From the IMG/VR virus record IMGVR_UViG_3300035365_000057, positions 1-64,000 of that record: a stretch of DNA of 64,000 nt; one strand, written 5' to 3'. Of the stretch, positions 33,400 through 43,474 are shown piece by piece. The notes beneath the pieces are model-generated. The model was not told the origin of the DNA. It made no database searches and was given only the letters and a program-made list of their open reading frames with translations. The stretch's first letter is position 1. Each line of letters starts with the position of its first letter. A program made the position numbers and the translations under genes. The DNA comes from a virus. Taxonomy: Duplodnaviria; Caudoviricetes.

Positions 33400-34680
33400 A
33401 TTATGAGTCAGGTATGACCTCATAAAGAGTTAGGTAACGCTAACATACCATATTACTATAGTTACTCTTCTAATGCAGCCAGATAAAGACAGTCACAAGC
33501 CTGTTTAATGCAGAGTGGAAGATCGTACGATTGAGTTTAGGTTTGACTCATAAAATAAAGTAACTAATCTTAAAGCAAGCAACGGAGAATAACGCTGTAC
33601 CAAAACAGAGGACAATGGTGCTTGACAGTATGACACTAACTGATAAATAATGTGTTGTGAAAATTAATTAAAATTCATGAATTTTACTCAAGCTATATAG
33701 TGTGAGTAAACGTACAGCCGCACGTTAGTGGGTTACAGTTCGTATTCTAGCAAGAAAAGAATATTGTATTGCCGAAAACTGGGGACATGTAAATAATACG
33801 TAGGTTCCGTACACATGTTGAAGAAACCAATCGAATAGTAAGCATAGAGAAATAGGCAAACGACCAGCCAAAATGGTAGTGCTTACAAATAAAAAAGATA
33901 AGAGAAAGTGATATCCGTGCATATATAGATATCTTAGTATAGTTAAGGCCTCAAGCTGCACTGAGCAAATATATTACACTTATCTTTATTAAACTCTTTA
34001 CTGAATTGCAGCCTAAATATGTCAAAGGTAGCGCATGAAAGTAAAGAGTTTCTACACTGTGAGAATCAGTGTCAACTTTGTGGGGCTTATATTTAGATGA
34101 GCGCACAAAAGTAAACCTATATTGTGTGTAGCATTTCGAAAAATTATATTTAAACTAGCTAGATAATTCGTAGAAAGAGTGATATCAGTATAGAGAGACT
34201 TTTGCATCTAATATTAGTGCAGAGAAATCAAAGACAAGATTATATCCTGAGTGTATAATCTAGTAAACTACTAGAGGCTGGTCACCTCGGCAGGAAAGCG
34301 CGACCATGGAGAGGTTTGTGGTAGTACCTCTCCGCTCTTTATGGTGAGAATCCATGACAAGCATGTGGGGCTTATATCTTTATGAGAGACAATACGGTAA
34401 AAATACCCTTCATAAAGTATTAGTGCGGACTTAAAAATCATGCAATGTAACAATTTACTTCTCAATCTCGCGTATAAATACTTCACGTTACAAATCTTGT
34501 TACATTTATTTGGGCTAAGTGTAGCCTAGTCATTAGCCACTTTATAAAACCTTCTTTCTTTTATGTAAAGATCTAGCATATTAGTCTGTGAAGATCGATA
34601 TGCTAGGTGCACTCATGAGATAACCTTCACGTGGTGAGTGTGTAAGTAAGGGTCTAACAAAACTTCCTATTCTACCCTGA
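33400..34680 (+). ncRNA. Structured non-coding region (unassigned RNA motifs)
   Basis: About 1.3 kb with no credible ORF; long-range helix 33405-12/33542-49 and repeated hairpin motifs. Confidence 0.5.
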
Positions 34681-34696
34681 AACTAATATCTCAAAT

Positions 34697-34781
34697 GCCC
34701 GAATGGCGAAATTGGTATACGCATTTCACTTAAAATGAAATATCCATACAGGGTGTGCGGGTTCGACTCCCGCTTCGGGTA
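34697..34781 (+). tRNA. tRNA-Leu(UAA)
   Basis: GCCCGAA/TTCGGGT acceptor; TTTCA-CTTAAAA-TGAAA anticodon arm; long variable arm; GCGGG-TTCGACT-CCCGC. Confidence 0.92.
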
Positions 34782-34830
34782 CAAACACTTTTAAATTAAT
34801 TTAAAGTTTAATTCATTAATTATCAAAATT

Positions 34831-35088
34831 ATGGAAAAAATTAAAGATTTTCTCAAGAGAAATGACATTAAGCTAGCAGCAAATGCTAAGGCTAAGAAAC
34901 TTATTGAAGGTAATGCAGAAGAAGCAACAATCGCCGTGGCTATGAAGTCTACGAAGGCTTACAAAGAGAACGCCGAATTACGTAGTCTTTGCGACGAAAT
35001 TATTTCCGCTGCCGGTAAGCAACAAGCTGAACGTAAAGAAGCACCGACTAGCACATCCGATTGTCCTGGAGAAAGAACCAGATGGTAA
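34831..35088 (+). CDS. Hypothetical protein (85 aa)
   Basis: Complete ORF with A-rich initiation region. Confidence 0.7.
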   Translation: MEKIKDFLKRNDIKLAANAKAKKLIEGNAEEATIAVAMKSTKAYKENAELRSLCDEIISAAGKQQAERKEAPTSTSDCPGERTRW

Positions 35089-35097
35089 AAATGAATA

Positions 35098-35135
35098 AAG
35101 CTCTATATAGTATTTCTACCATATAGAGCTTTTTA
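35098..35135 (+). terminator. Intrinsic terminator
   Basis: AAAGCTCTATAT / ATATAGAGCTTT stem plus T-tract. Confidence 0.7.
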
Positions 35136-35155
35136 AACTATTAAATTAATTTATT

Positions 35156-36391
35156 ATGACTAAATGGCAAGAATCGTGCATTACAGCACTCGCTTCATCA
35201 CCATTCGCATGGGAAGCCTTTAAAATGAAGCAAAGAAACAAGAACTTATTATGGCAATATATAAATAGAATATGGCCGTATCACCGTATTGTAAGTACTA
35301 ATAAAAAGTTATCGAAAGATTCACAAATGATTAATGAATTGAATAGATTACTAGTATATCTTAAAGCATATGATATAGAATCTAATTGTAATTATGATTT
35401 CTCATCGGCTATTGATTTTATAATTACAGATAAAGATATGATAGCAATTGAAGCAGCACGTTTATTACCAGATTCTGCGAGAAATATATATGATACTAAT
35501 AGATTTAATGTTACTCTTACAGAAGGTAATTCGGTATCAGGTACTACTGATATTATTGAACTTTTAGCGAATCAACAAGTTGGAAATCATATACATTTCA
35601 ATGCTATTTGTGGACATATGAATAAACCTAAAGAACAAATTAAAAATTGTATTCATGGCATTGAACTTTTAATATGTACTTATAATTCGATACATGAAAC
35701 GCAAAAAGAAACTAAATTAATTAAGAAAAAGATTAAGACATTAAATTGGCTAAATATTGGTATTGAAATAGAACATGATGCTTCAAATGAAACCTCTGAA
35801 AAAATTGTGAAACGTATTTTACAACAAAATTGTACAGAATACGATTCTGGTTATGATGGAGGAATGCGTTCTCGATTACGAGAAAATAGGATTCGTCTTA
35901 ACGGTATTAAAGGTCTTAAAGGTTTATATACTTTATTACAAGATATGCAAGAAAATGCAGCAATTGCTAATAATAGTAGTGTGCATATGCATGTTGATTG
36001 TAAATTTGATAATTCTTACGAAAGAATAAAATCAAATGTTAACAGTATGGTTAACGAAGGTAGAAGAAACTTTGCAGATCTAGAACAAACTTTTGTAGAT
36101 ATTATTCTAAATTATGAAATTTTAGAAGAATTTGTACAAATTTTTGATTTACATAAAATATCGTGTATTTCTGATTTTGAAAGATGGGTAGATTTGAACG
36201 GTATTATTCGATTTAATAATGAGTTTAATACTGTTGAATATCGTTTCTGCATACCAAACTTTAATTATTCTGATTATGTGATTCAAATATTATTCTTAAT
36301 ACATATTACAGAATGTATTAAGCATAATTCTCCTATTAACAAAAATTACGTAATAATGCTATATAGAATAATGAATAGTATACGTAATTAA
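35156..36391 (+). CDS. Putative amidoligase (COOH-NH2 ligase fold)
   Basis: IGIEIEH, RENRIRL, SSVHMHVD, NTVEYRF motifs. Confidence 0.7.
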   Translation: MTKWQESCITALASSPFAWEAFKMKQRNKNLLWQYINRIWPYHRIVSTNKKLSKDSQMINELNRLLVYLKAYDIESNCNYDFSSAIDFIITDKDMIAIEAARLLPDSARNIYDTNRFNVTLTEGNSVSGTTDIIELLANQQVGNHIHFNAICGHMNKPKEQIKNCIHGIELLICTYNSIHETQKETKLIKKKIKTLNWLNIGIEIEHDASNETSEKIVKRILQQNCTEYDSGYDGGMRSRLRENRIRLNGIKGLKGLYTLLQDMQENAAIANNSSVHMHVDCKFDNSYERIKSNVNSMVNEGRRNFADLEQTFVDIILNYEILEEFVQIFDLHKISCISDFERWVDLNGIIRFNNEFNTVEYRFCIPNFNYSDYVIQILFLIHITECIKHNSPINKNYVIMLYRIMNSIRN

Positions 36392-36799
36392 TAATTAAAT
36401 TATATTTTAATAGCAAATCGGGAATTAAATGACGATTGACGCTGGACAGACAGCTGCGCTTGGATGCGTATTTTTAGAAATGTATGATATCAGCATACAT
36501 TTCAGGTCTCCGACTTTGACAATTATTCCTGATATGTTTAGTTGTCATAACTGGGATTAATGTTAATAGGTAAGGCCATTACCTAAAACATTCGGTGCCA
36601 CAACTAGTTCTTGCCAAACAAATGTGGATGGGAGTAATATATTGGAGTAGCTACCAATATATTATTCAGCTCTTCATTGGAGTGGTGAACCAATGATTCT
36701 AGCCCTATAGTTTAAACATACGTAAAACAAGCCTTAAGAAAGCTTTTGCAATAGTCGTTCATTGCTAGGGTACATTATTAACTTTAAAATATTATCAAA

Positions 36800-37717
36800 A
36801 TGATTAAACCAGTAAATCCAAGGCATCATATTATAGTATATATGCCATTAAGATTATTAATGTTCTTGATTAAGAAGAAAATTTTACACCAATGGTTAAC
36901 TTATGTTATACGAGAACAAACAGGATTAAGAACTGCACCAGAAATAGTCAGATTCCTAGTATGCCATAAAGAAAACACATTTAGTGGATTATTTCCATGG
37001 TCTTATACCGTAGAAGGATCAGACTTTTGGTTAGATGTTGATCGAAAATGGCGGAATAGTATATGGAAATAATATTATTGAAAGTAATCATAATAATATT
37101 TGCTATGATTACTGGAGGATTTATAACTCTTAGTTTTGTTTGTTTGTTAATTCTTGAAAAAAAGAAAAGCATCGAGTGCGCAGAATATGCAACAATAAGC
37201 TTTATAATAATGCTGTTATTTATAATCTATACATATAACATTAATTAAAATTATTATCAAAATGGAAAATTTAGAAAAAAAGAAAAGCCACAACTGGATT
37301 TGGTGGTTAATCGCGATGATTATCGCATGTGTTACAACTGGTTTCATTGTCCACAATAACGGACCTGAGATTAACAAACTCCTTGATCGTGGAAACGATA
37401 TTGGGTTACAAGAAGGTATTGTATGCGAAGATACGGCATATGCTGAGCCAAGCATACAAGATATTCTCGAATTTAGAGAATATGCTCGTGAATGCAAACG
37501 AATTGATAGTATATTTATAACAATGCCGGATGTGGTTCTTATTGACATACTCATGAATCACGGTACAAGTCTATCAAATTCGGATATTGTATACATATAT
37601 GAAAACAATCCGAAGACATATAATGCAGTGCAATCAGGGGCAAGAGCTCAAAGGTATAAAGAACAAATTGAACCAGACAGCTTACCAACAAAGCCTATTC
37701 CAGATAAATTGGAATAA
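36800..37717 (+). CDS. Three early hypothetical genes (36800..37072; 37063..37248 membrane; 37262..37717 membrane-anchored)
   Basis: Operon-packed ORFs; hydrophobic N-terminal segments in the latter two. Confidence 0.6.
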
Positions 37718-38001
37718 CTTTTTTTATTTGTGTCACTTTACCTTTTTATGTTTTAAGTCATACTAGTCTGTGAGGATAGGTATGACGTCCTCAGAAGATG
37801 ACAAACCTGTGGGGCGTAAACTATGTCCTATTTTAAGAGTTAGGCTTGCATAACTCAGTAAATCAGGATGCAAGAACATAGTGATCGTGCGGACGTTAAA
37901 ATCAGGTACTCCAATAAGAAATAGTTTGACAGCTTATTTCTGCTTACGAGTTAAAACTAAAGTAAGATAGTCATATTAAAAATTAACAATAATGTAGATT
38001 T

Positions 38002-39034
38002 TTGTTCTTTTCTAATAACAAATGTGTAATCGGTACTGATCAGAATAGAAAATCCCAGAGTACCCTGGGCGTCATCAAAATGTTTAACCAAAAAAAATTT
38101 ATCAAAATGAAAGTAATCGGACATTTTCTGGTAGTAGATCAAGTGTTTACAGACTTACCAGAAACAAAAACAGCTTTAGTCGATATCAAAAGTATCGCAA
38201 ACATAAGCGAAGTAAAACTTAATGAAAAAGATTGTAGAAAAATTTATTTCAACAATTGCGCCCCATTAAGTGTAAGCAACACAATGGAAGAAATCATAAA
38301 TACTTTAGAAGATGCATACACAGAAGAATACTAAAGTGTTTCTGACAGCAATTAAATTCAATACCACTCATTATCTTGCAAACATGCTTGCTGTAACTAA
38401 AATACTCGGTATTCCAATGAGTATGGCAAGAACATTATGCAAGAATAAACCAAATGATTGGATTGAAATTGTGCCTTATTTCGAGTTAAAAAGTAAGCAT
38501 ACTCTTGATGAAATACTTACTGAACTTGATGAATACGAAATCGAAATCAAAACACTTAATCAATAAGTTATGAAAGCAATAGTTATTTTAATTGATGGTT
38601 CTCTTGGACAAGAACCACATGAAACAAACGCAATGTCCAATATGATTTCAGCATTGTTGAAATCGCCAGGAGTAACAATCAATAACGAAACCATCAAAAC
38701 AGCAATACTGTACGATGAAGATGTCGCAAAATGTTTAGTACAACACATTGTTACACCAGCAAAGAAACCTTCAAAAACTGAAATAGAAACAGCAAAAGAA
38801 GTACAATTACAAGCTTTTTGCAAAGACGTATTAGGCGCATGTGGAGAACAACCACTTGCAGATCAAGCGGCATACAGACGTAAATTCATTACGTGGATGT
38901 TGAATGATACAAAAGCATATTCGTCAGAAATTGTTCAAAGCTTAACGAATCCAACAAAAAGACAAATGGAAATTCTCCGTGAACATGGTTTACAAAACAT
39001 TCCCGCTTATCTCAAAATTATCCAACAGATATGA
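38002..39034 (+). CDS. Three early hypothetical genes (38002..38334, 38312..38566, 38570..39034)
   Basis: Adjacent or overlapping complete ORFs. Confidence 0.6.
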
Positions 39035-39549
39035 GCCAGAAAAAAGTAGAATTTAGAAATAAATTCAGAAAAGAAGTTTCAGACATGAACAAAAACATCA
39101 AACAAGCAGAAACTTCAATAAAAATCTTTGACGAAAAGTTCAAAAAGAGACCAAAGCATAAAAAAATGGAACCATACAAACGTGATAAAAAATTATGGAG
39201 ATAAAACAAGATTGCCCTACACAAGATAATAAAATCAACTGTAGTGAATGTAGTCATGAGTGTAAACTCAGAATACAACCAGAAATAGAAGCTAATTCGA
39301 ATTTGCCAGAGTCCGAATTAGCAACTATATATTACTAACTAAAACTTAGTATACATGGTGGATTCAGTCAACCTAAGAACTATTTTATAACCAGAATCCT
39401 AATGGAAGCCCAAAAGGCAAGAGTACAAGGGACCATACAACGGTCAACCAATTTATATTGGTCTGGAGAAGAGCAGGGGTTATCTACTAAATAAGACGTA
39501 CGAATAAGTAGAAATAGTTCTTTTTATTTAAAAATCAAAATTAAAAAAC

Positions 39550-40352
39550 ATGGGATTAAGACATTTAATGTATTTTTGCAAAAAACGTGCAAAAAAATAC
39601 GATTTCACACCAGAAGAATTAAAGTCTGATTTTGATTTTAGCAAAGCAGAAGAAGACGAAAAACGTTTAGCTAATGTAAAAAGAGAAAGTATCTATCTTA
39701 CTATTGTAAGAGAAAATACAATCAAAAGAATGCAATCCTATAAAAATAGGAAAGAAATTAAAGCTGGCGAAAAAGAAAGCTATCGCACAAGAAAATTCAA
39801 AGCTTGGCAAAAACGTAAAAAAGCGTATAATCGTGTTAATTAACATATGTTAAATCAATTAAACGTAAATCAATTATGGCAAAAGAAAAAGAAACCAAAG
39901 AGGTGAAAACCTCGATCTTCAGTGATGCGAACGAAGAAAACATCCAAGAAGTAATCAAAAACGCTTCCATCGTTACCGAAGAAATTGTCACAGCAGCAGC
40001 CGAAGACATTGCCAAACGAAGGAAGGAGAAACTTACTGAAGAATTGAAGAATATTGTTCAGAAGTGCGACTATACGATCAAGAGCTCTGTATTAGCTGTA
40101 CGACGCTCTAATCGTATCAACCAACGTAACAAGAAGTATCTGAAGGATCTATCCGCTTTGGCCGAAGATATCAAGAGTGGAAAGAAACCGACGACTGCTT
40201 GGGACAAGGAGGCAAGGGAACTGAAAAAGCAACTCGACAAAGACTTGATTGAAATTGGAAAAGATATTGACGAATCACAGCGCGACCTCGACAATATTTT
40301 CCCAACTTCATGGAATTGGAGATACGGCGAATTCATTCCTAGCCGTGATTAA
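39550..40352 (+). CDS. Two early hypothetical genes (39550..39843 basic; 39876..40352 coiled-coil)
   Basis: Complete ORFs with A-rich initiation regions. Confidence 0.65.
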
Positions 40353-40689
40353 CAAATAAAAGAGGCTCCAAACTTAGAATCTTTGAATCAATAGTTAATG
40401 TATGTCTACGCGTGAAAAAAGTACGGTGTACAAAGCACGGCGGTACAAAGACCTGAATTAACAGGTCTCATGCAGAATCTTTGAATCAGCCATGAGGAGC
40501 TACCGTGAACCACTGATCATGAGTCTGAGATCGCGACAATAAGATTGTCCTCTAGCAATAGAGAAAAGCTTTAGTCGTGATATCAAGTCAGACAGAATAT
40601 GCAGAATCTTAGAATCTGTATATAGTAATAAATATGCTTTATACACATATTCGTATATTATCAAGATCAGAATTATAGGACTAACCATC

Positions 40690-41000
40690 CTAAGACCAAA
40701 TAAGGCTAGTAACTTTGGTCGGTCACTAGCCTACTATTGACTGTTAGGTCATTATACAATCGTTAAGACGGGGCTCTCGGATGCCCCTACCTCCACTAAG
40801 TAATGTTTACGTAATTAATTTACACAAGAAACGTTCTATTTTATGTATATTATATTAAGGGGGTAAACGGTTTTTGATTAGCGATGAGATGTAGTGAATA
40901 GGTCAATAAAGCCGATAAATGGCAAAACTTTCGTAACAGACTACACTCGTATCGCCGCAGCGTGATACAGGAAGTCAACGGCTAAGCTAATGTCGTAAAA
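40690..41000 (+). ncRNA. ssrA: Circularly permuted (two-piece) tmRNA
   Basis: 3' acceptor piece (GAC-GGGGC-loop-GCCCC-TACCTCC-A, ends 40795) precedes the 5' piece (GGGGGTA at 40859). 7-bp acceptor stem with G3.U70; multi-segment inter-piece helix; H-type pseudoknot; tag GKTFVTDYTRIAAA-TGA at 40921-40965. Confidence 0.88.
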
Positions 41001-41006
41001 AGCTGG

Positions 41007-41062
41007 AGTAGGGAGGTTACCTAGATTAAGTTCTATGGGGAGTTCGATTCTCCCCTCTACTA
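41007..41062 (+). ncRNA. Minimal tRNA-like element (acceptor stem + T arm, no D arm)
   Basis: AGTAGGG/CTCTACT-A with GGGAG-TTCGATT-CTCCC; only 24 nt between them. End coordinate approximate. Confidence 0.55.
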
Positions 41063-41099
41063 CTATTAAAATTAAGTTTAATCAATAAATTAATTTGAA

Positions 41100-42406
41100 A
41101 TGGGATTAATAACATTTATTAGACGTAATCTACCAGAACCGGTAGAAAAAGCTTGTTTAGAAATGCGTATGAAAGAACAAGTTGTTCAACGCATTTATGG
41201 TGCAGTACCTCAACAATTCAAAAATAAATATCATTACAAAGAAGGGTTGAGTCGTATAAAACTCATATTTCATTCTATTACCGAAAAAGGTACAGCCATA
41301 TATCATTTAATTGATATGACTGATGTAGAAGATCTAACTAAGTGGAAAGAATTAGACAACAAAATCAAAAATTACAAAGAATATGCGCGTTAAATATTTC
41401 GCTTGGTTTGATTCTAAGCACGAAAAAACAGAATTCGTAAATTTACTAAGAGAATGTCGCTCAGATATGGAAGCTGTATCTAAAGTAATGGAAAGATATC
41501 CAGAAATTAATATGAGTGAAGCTATGGGAGTTGTAGAAAATTTTAAAAAAGAAATTAATACAAAGAAATCATGAGACTCAATCATCCAGGTATATATCGA
41601 ATCGTTGGCGAAAAATTCGAATTATTAGCCAATATCGAAGGCGAAGCGCCATTATTGAATATCAATGAAGCTTTACTAGTAAATGATCTCGTAATTGACG
41701 GTAAATTTACTATATTAAACAGTGAATCACTTGAAATTCAACAAGTAATAAACAATCCTGATCAATTCATATTCATTGAATACGAATATTCAGATATTGC
41801 AAAATTACCACTTTATCGTAAAACGATTCGTGGTACAAAGGTGCCAAACATCACAAATAACGAAATGAAAGAATTTGAAGAAAAGTATATTCATGATATG
41901 AAAACTAGACGTGACACCACACGAACTAGAGCATATATTATGGAGAGAACTAATCTTTCATTATCGCAAATAAACGTGCTTATCATGCAAATGGCAAGAA
42001 AATTTAGAAACTTATGATCGTAAATTCACTTACTAATCATGTATATACCCCATGGGGAGTAAGATACAATGAATTTAAATGGAGAAACGAATGGTATACT
42101 TTTTTAAAATTATACGATAAAGAACTAAAAGAAATAGATAGTTTTAGAAAAAACACTACAAACTCTGTAAGTCATATAATTTGTTGGTTTGACAGAAATG
42201 TTATCCAACGAATTGGTATCGATAATAAAGTAACCATACAAGTAAGAATCAGAATTATCTGTGGCATGATAAACAAGTTATTTATCCCTACTGTAACTAG
42301 AGAAATGAAAATAGAATTCATGGAATGCATATGGGATACATATAAACAAATGGATAAATCCTGGTCTGACTATTATTGTCTTAATATATTAGGTTTGCCA
42401 TTTTAA
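41100..42406 (+). CDS. Four hypothetical genes (41100..41393, 41383..41574, 41571..42017, 42014..42406)
   Basis: Overlapping starts and stops (ATGA) indicate an operon. Confidence 0.65.
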
Positions 42407-42457
42407 GGGTATGCGGCTTTGATCGGCCGCATATTCACATATTAAAAGCCCGTTACT

Positions 42458-43021
42458 ATGACAGAGAAAGATAAACAAGAAGTATCTGACCTGATCAAAC
42501 AGGCTAAAGAAGGTAAACAAATTGCCTTCTCAAAACTTTACGAAATGTTCAAAAGACCTCTTTATATTACTATCATTAAGATAGTCAATAATAAAGACGT
42601 TGCAGATGATATCTTATCAATGGCATTCGTAAAGGCGTTTACTAAACTAGATAGTTATGTAAACGATATTTCATTTGAATTATGGCTAAAAACAATAGCT
42701 ATAAATAGTAGTATCGATTATATACGTAGGTATAAGAAAGACTCAAGCTTATATTGGATTGATGATGACGAGAATTGTAACATTCAGTTGGGTAGTACTG
42801 CAGATTACTCTCCTGAAGAAGATTATATCTTCAAAGAAACCGATTCTCGTTTATCAGAAGCTTTTAGTAGATTGAGATTCAAGTATCGAAATATACTCGA
42901 ACTACGAACCGTTCAAAATCTCTCTTACAAAGAGATTTCAGAACAGTTAGGCCTTAGTGAAAGCCAGGTAAAATCCACGCTCAACAAGGCTAGAGAGAAA
43001 TTAAAACAATTGTTAAACTAA
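42458..43021 (+). CDS. ECF-type sigma-70 factor
   Basis: Region 2 (DDILSMAFVKAFTKLDSY...WLKTIAINSSIDYIRR) and region 4 (LSYKEISEQLGLSESQVKSTLNKAREKL). Confidence 0.9.
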   Translation: MTEKDKQEVSDLIKQAKEGKQIAFSKLYEMFKRPLYITIIKIVNNKDVADDILSMAFVKAFTKLDSYVNDISFELWLKTIAINSSIDYIRRYKKDSSLYWIDDDENCNIQLGSTADYSPEEDYIFKETDSRLSEAFSRLRFKYRNILELRTVQNLSYKEISEQLGLSESQVKSTLNKAREKLKQLLN

Positions 43022-43033
43022 AACTTTACTTTT

Positions 43034-43408
43034 ATGCCAGCAGCAAGTATTATTTTATTACTTATGATCGCATTTGTCGCTTCGCGTTTATTCCGAAGCA
43101 CGAAAATGTGGTGGACATTCTTATCCACAATCATGGCTGGTCTATTAGTAGGTATGTTGGGGAGAGAGGTTATCGGTCATATTGATGACAACAAAACCTC
43201 TCAAACTCAGCTAATTGAAACTACAAACACTGTAGATTTAGGATGCATGCAAAGCTTAGTAGTATTTGCAGAATCAGATGCTACCACTTGCCTAACTGGG
43301 GTTGCAGGTAACATACCTAAATACACAGAAAGTTTGCGTGACATAGTTTTAATTAGTAATACCGAGACTAATGGACGTGACTCACCATCTATAGAGGATG
43401 ATAGTTGA
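43034..43408 (+). CDS. Membrane protein (2 TM)
   Basis: Two hydrophobic N-terminal helices. Confidence 0.6.
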   Translation: MPAASIILLLMIAFVASRLFRSTKMWWTFLSTIMAGLLVGMLGREVIGHIDDNKTSQTQLIETTNTVDLGCMQSLVVFAESDATTCLTGVAGNIPKYTESLRDIVLISNTETNGRDSPSIEDDS

Positions 43409-43474
43409 CCTCTTTAAATAACCTATCGACTGAATTAAAATTGTTTATTAACCACCAAAAATTTATCAAAAATT

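Noticed and set aside
40376-40616. CRISPR mini-array
   Set aside because: Repeats are only about 15 bp with unequal 83-114-nt gaps, and there are no cas genes; no CRISPR array was seen anywhere in the window.
40859-41062. Conventional one-piece tmRNA ending at the T arm near 41040
   Set aside because: The strand after that T arm (CTCTACT) does not pair with GGGGGTA but does pair with AGTAGGG at 41007; the matching acceptor strand and inter-piece helix partners lie upstream.
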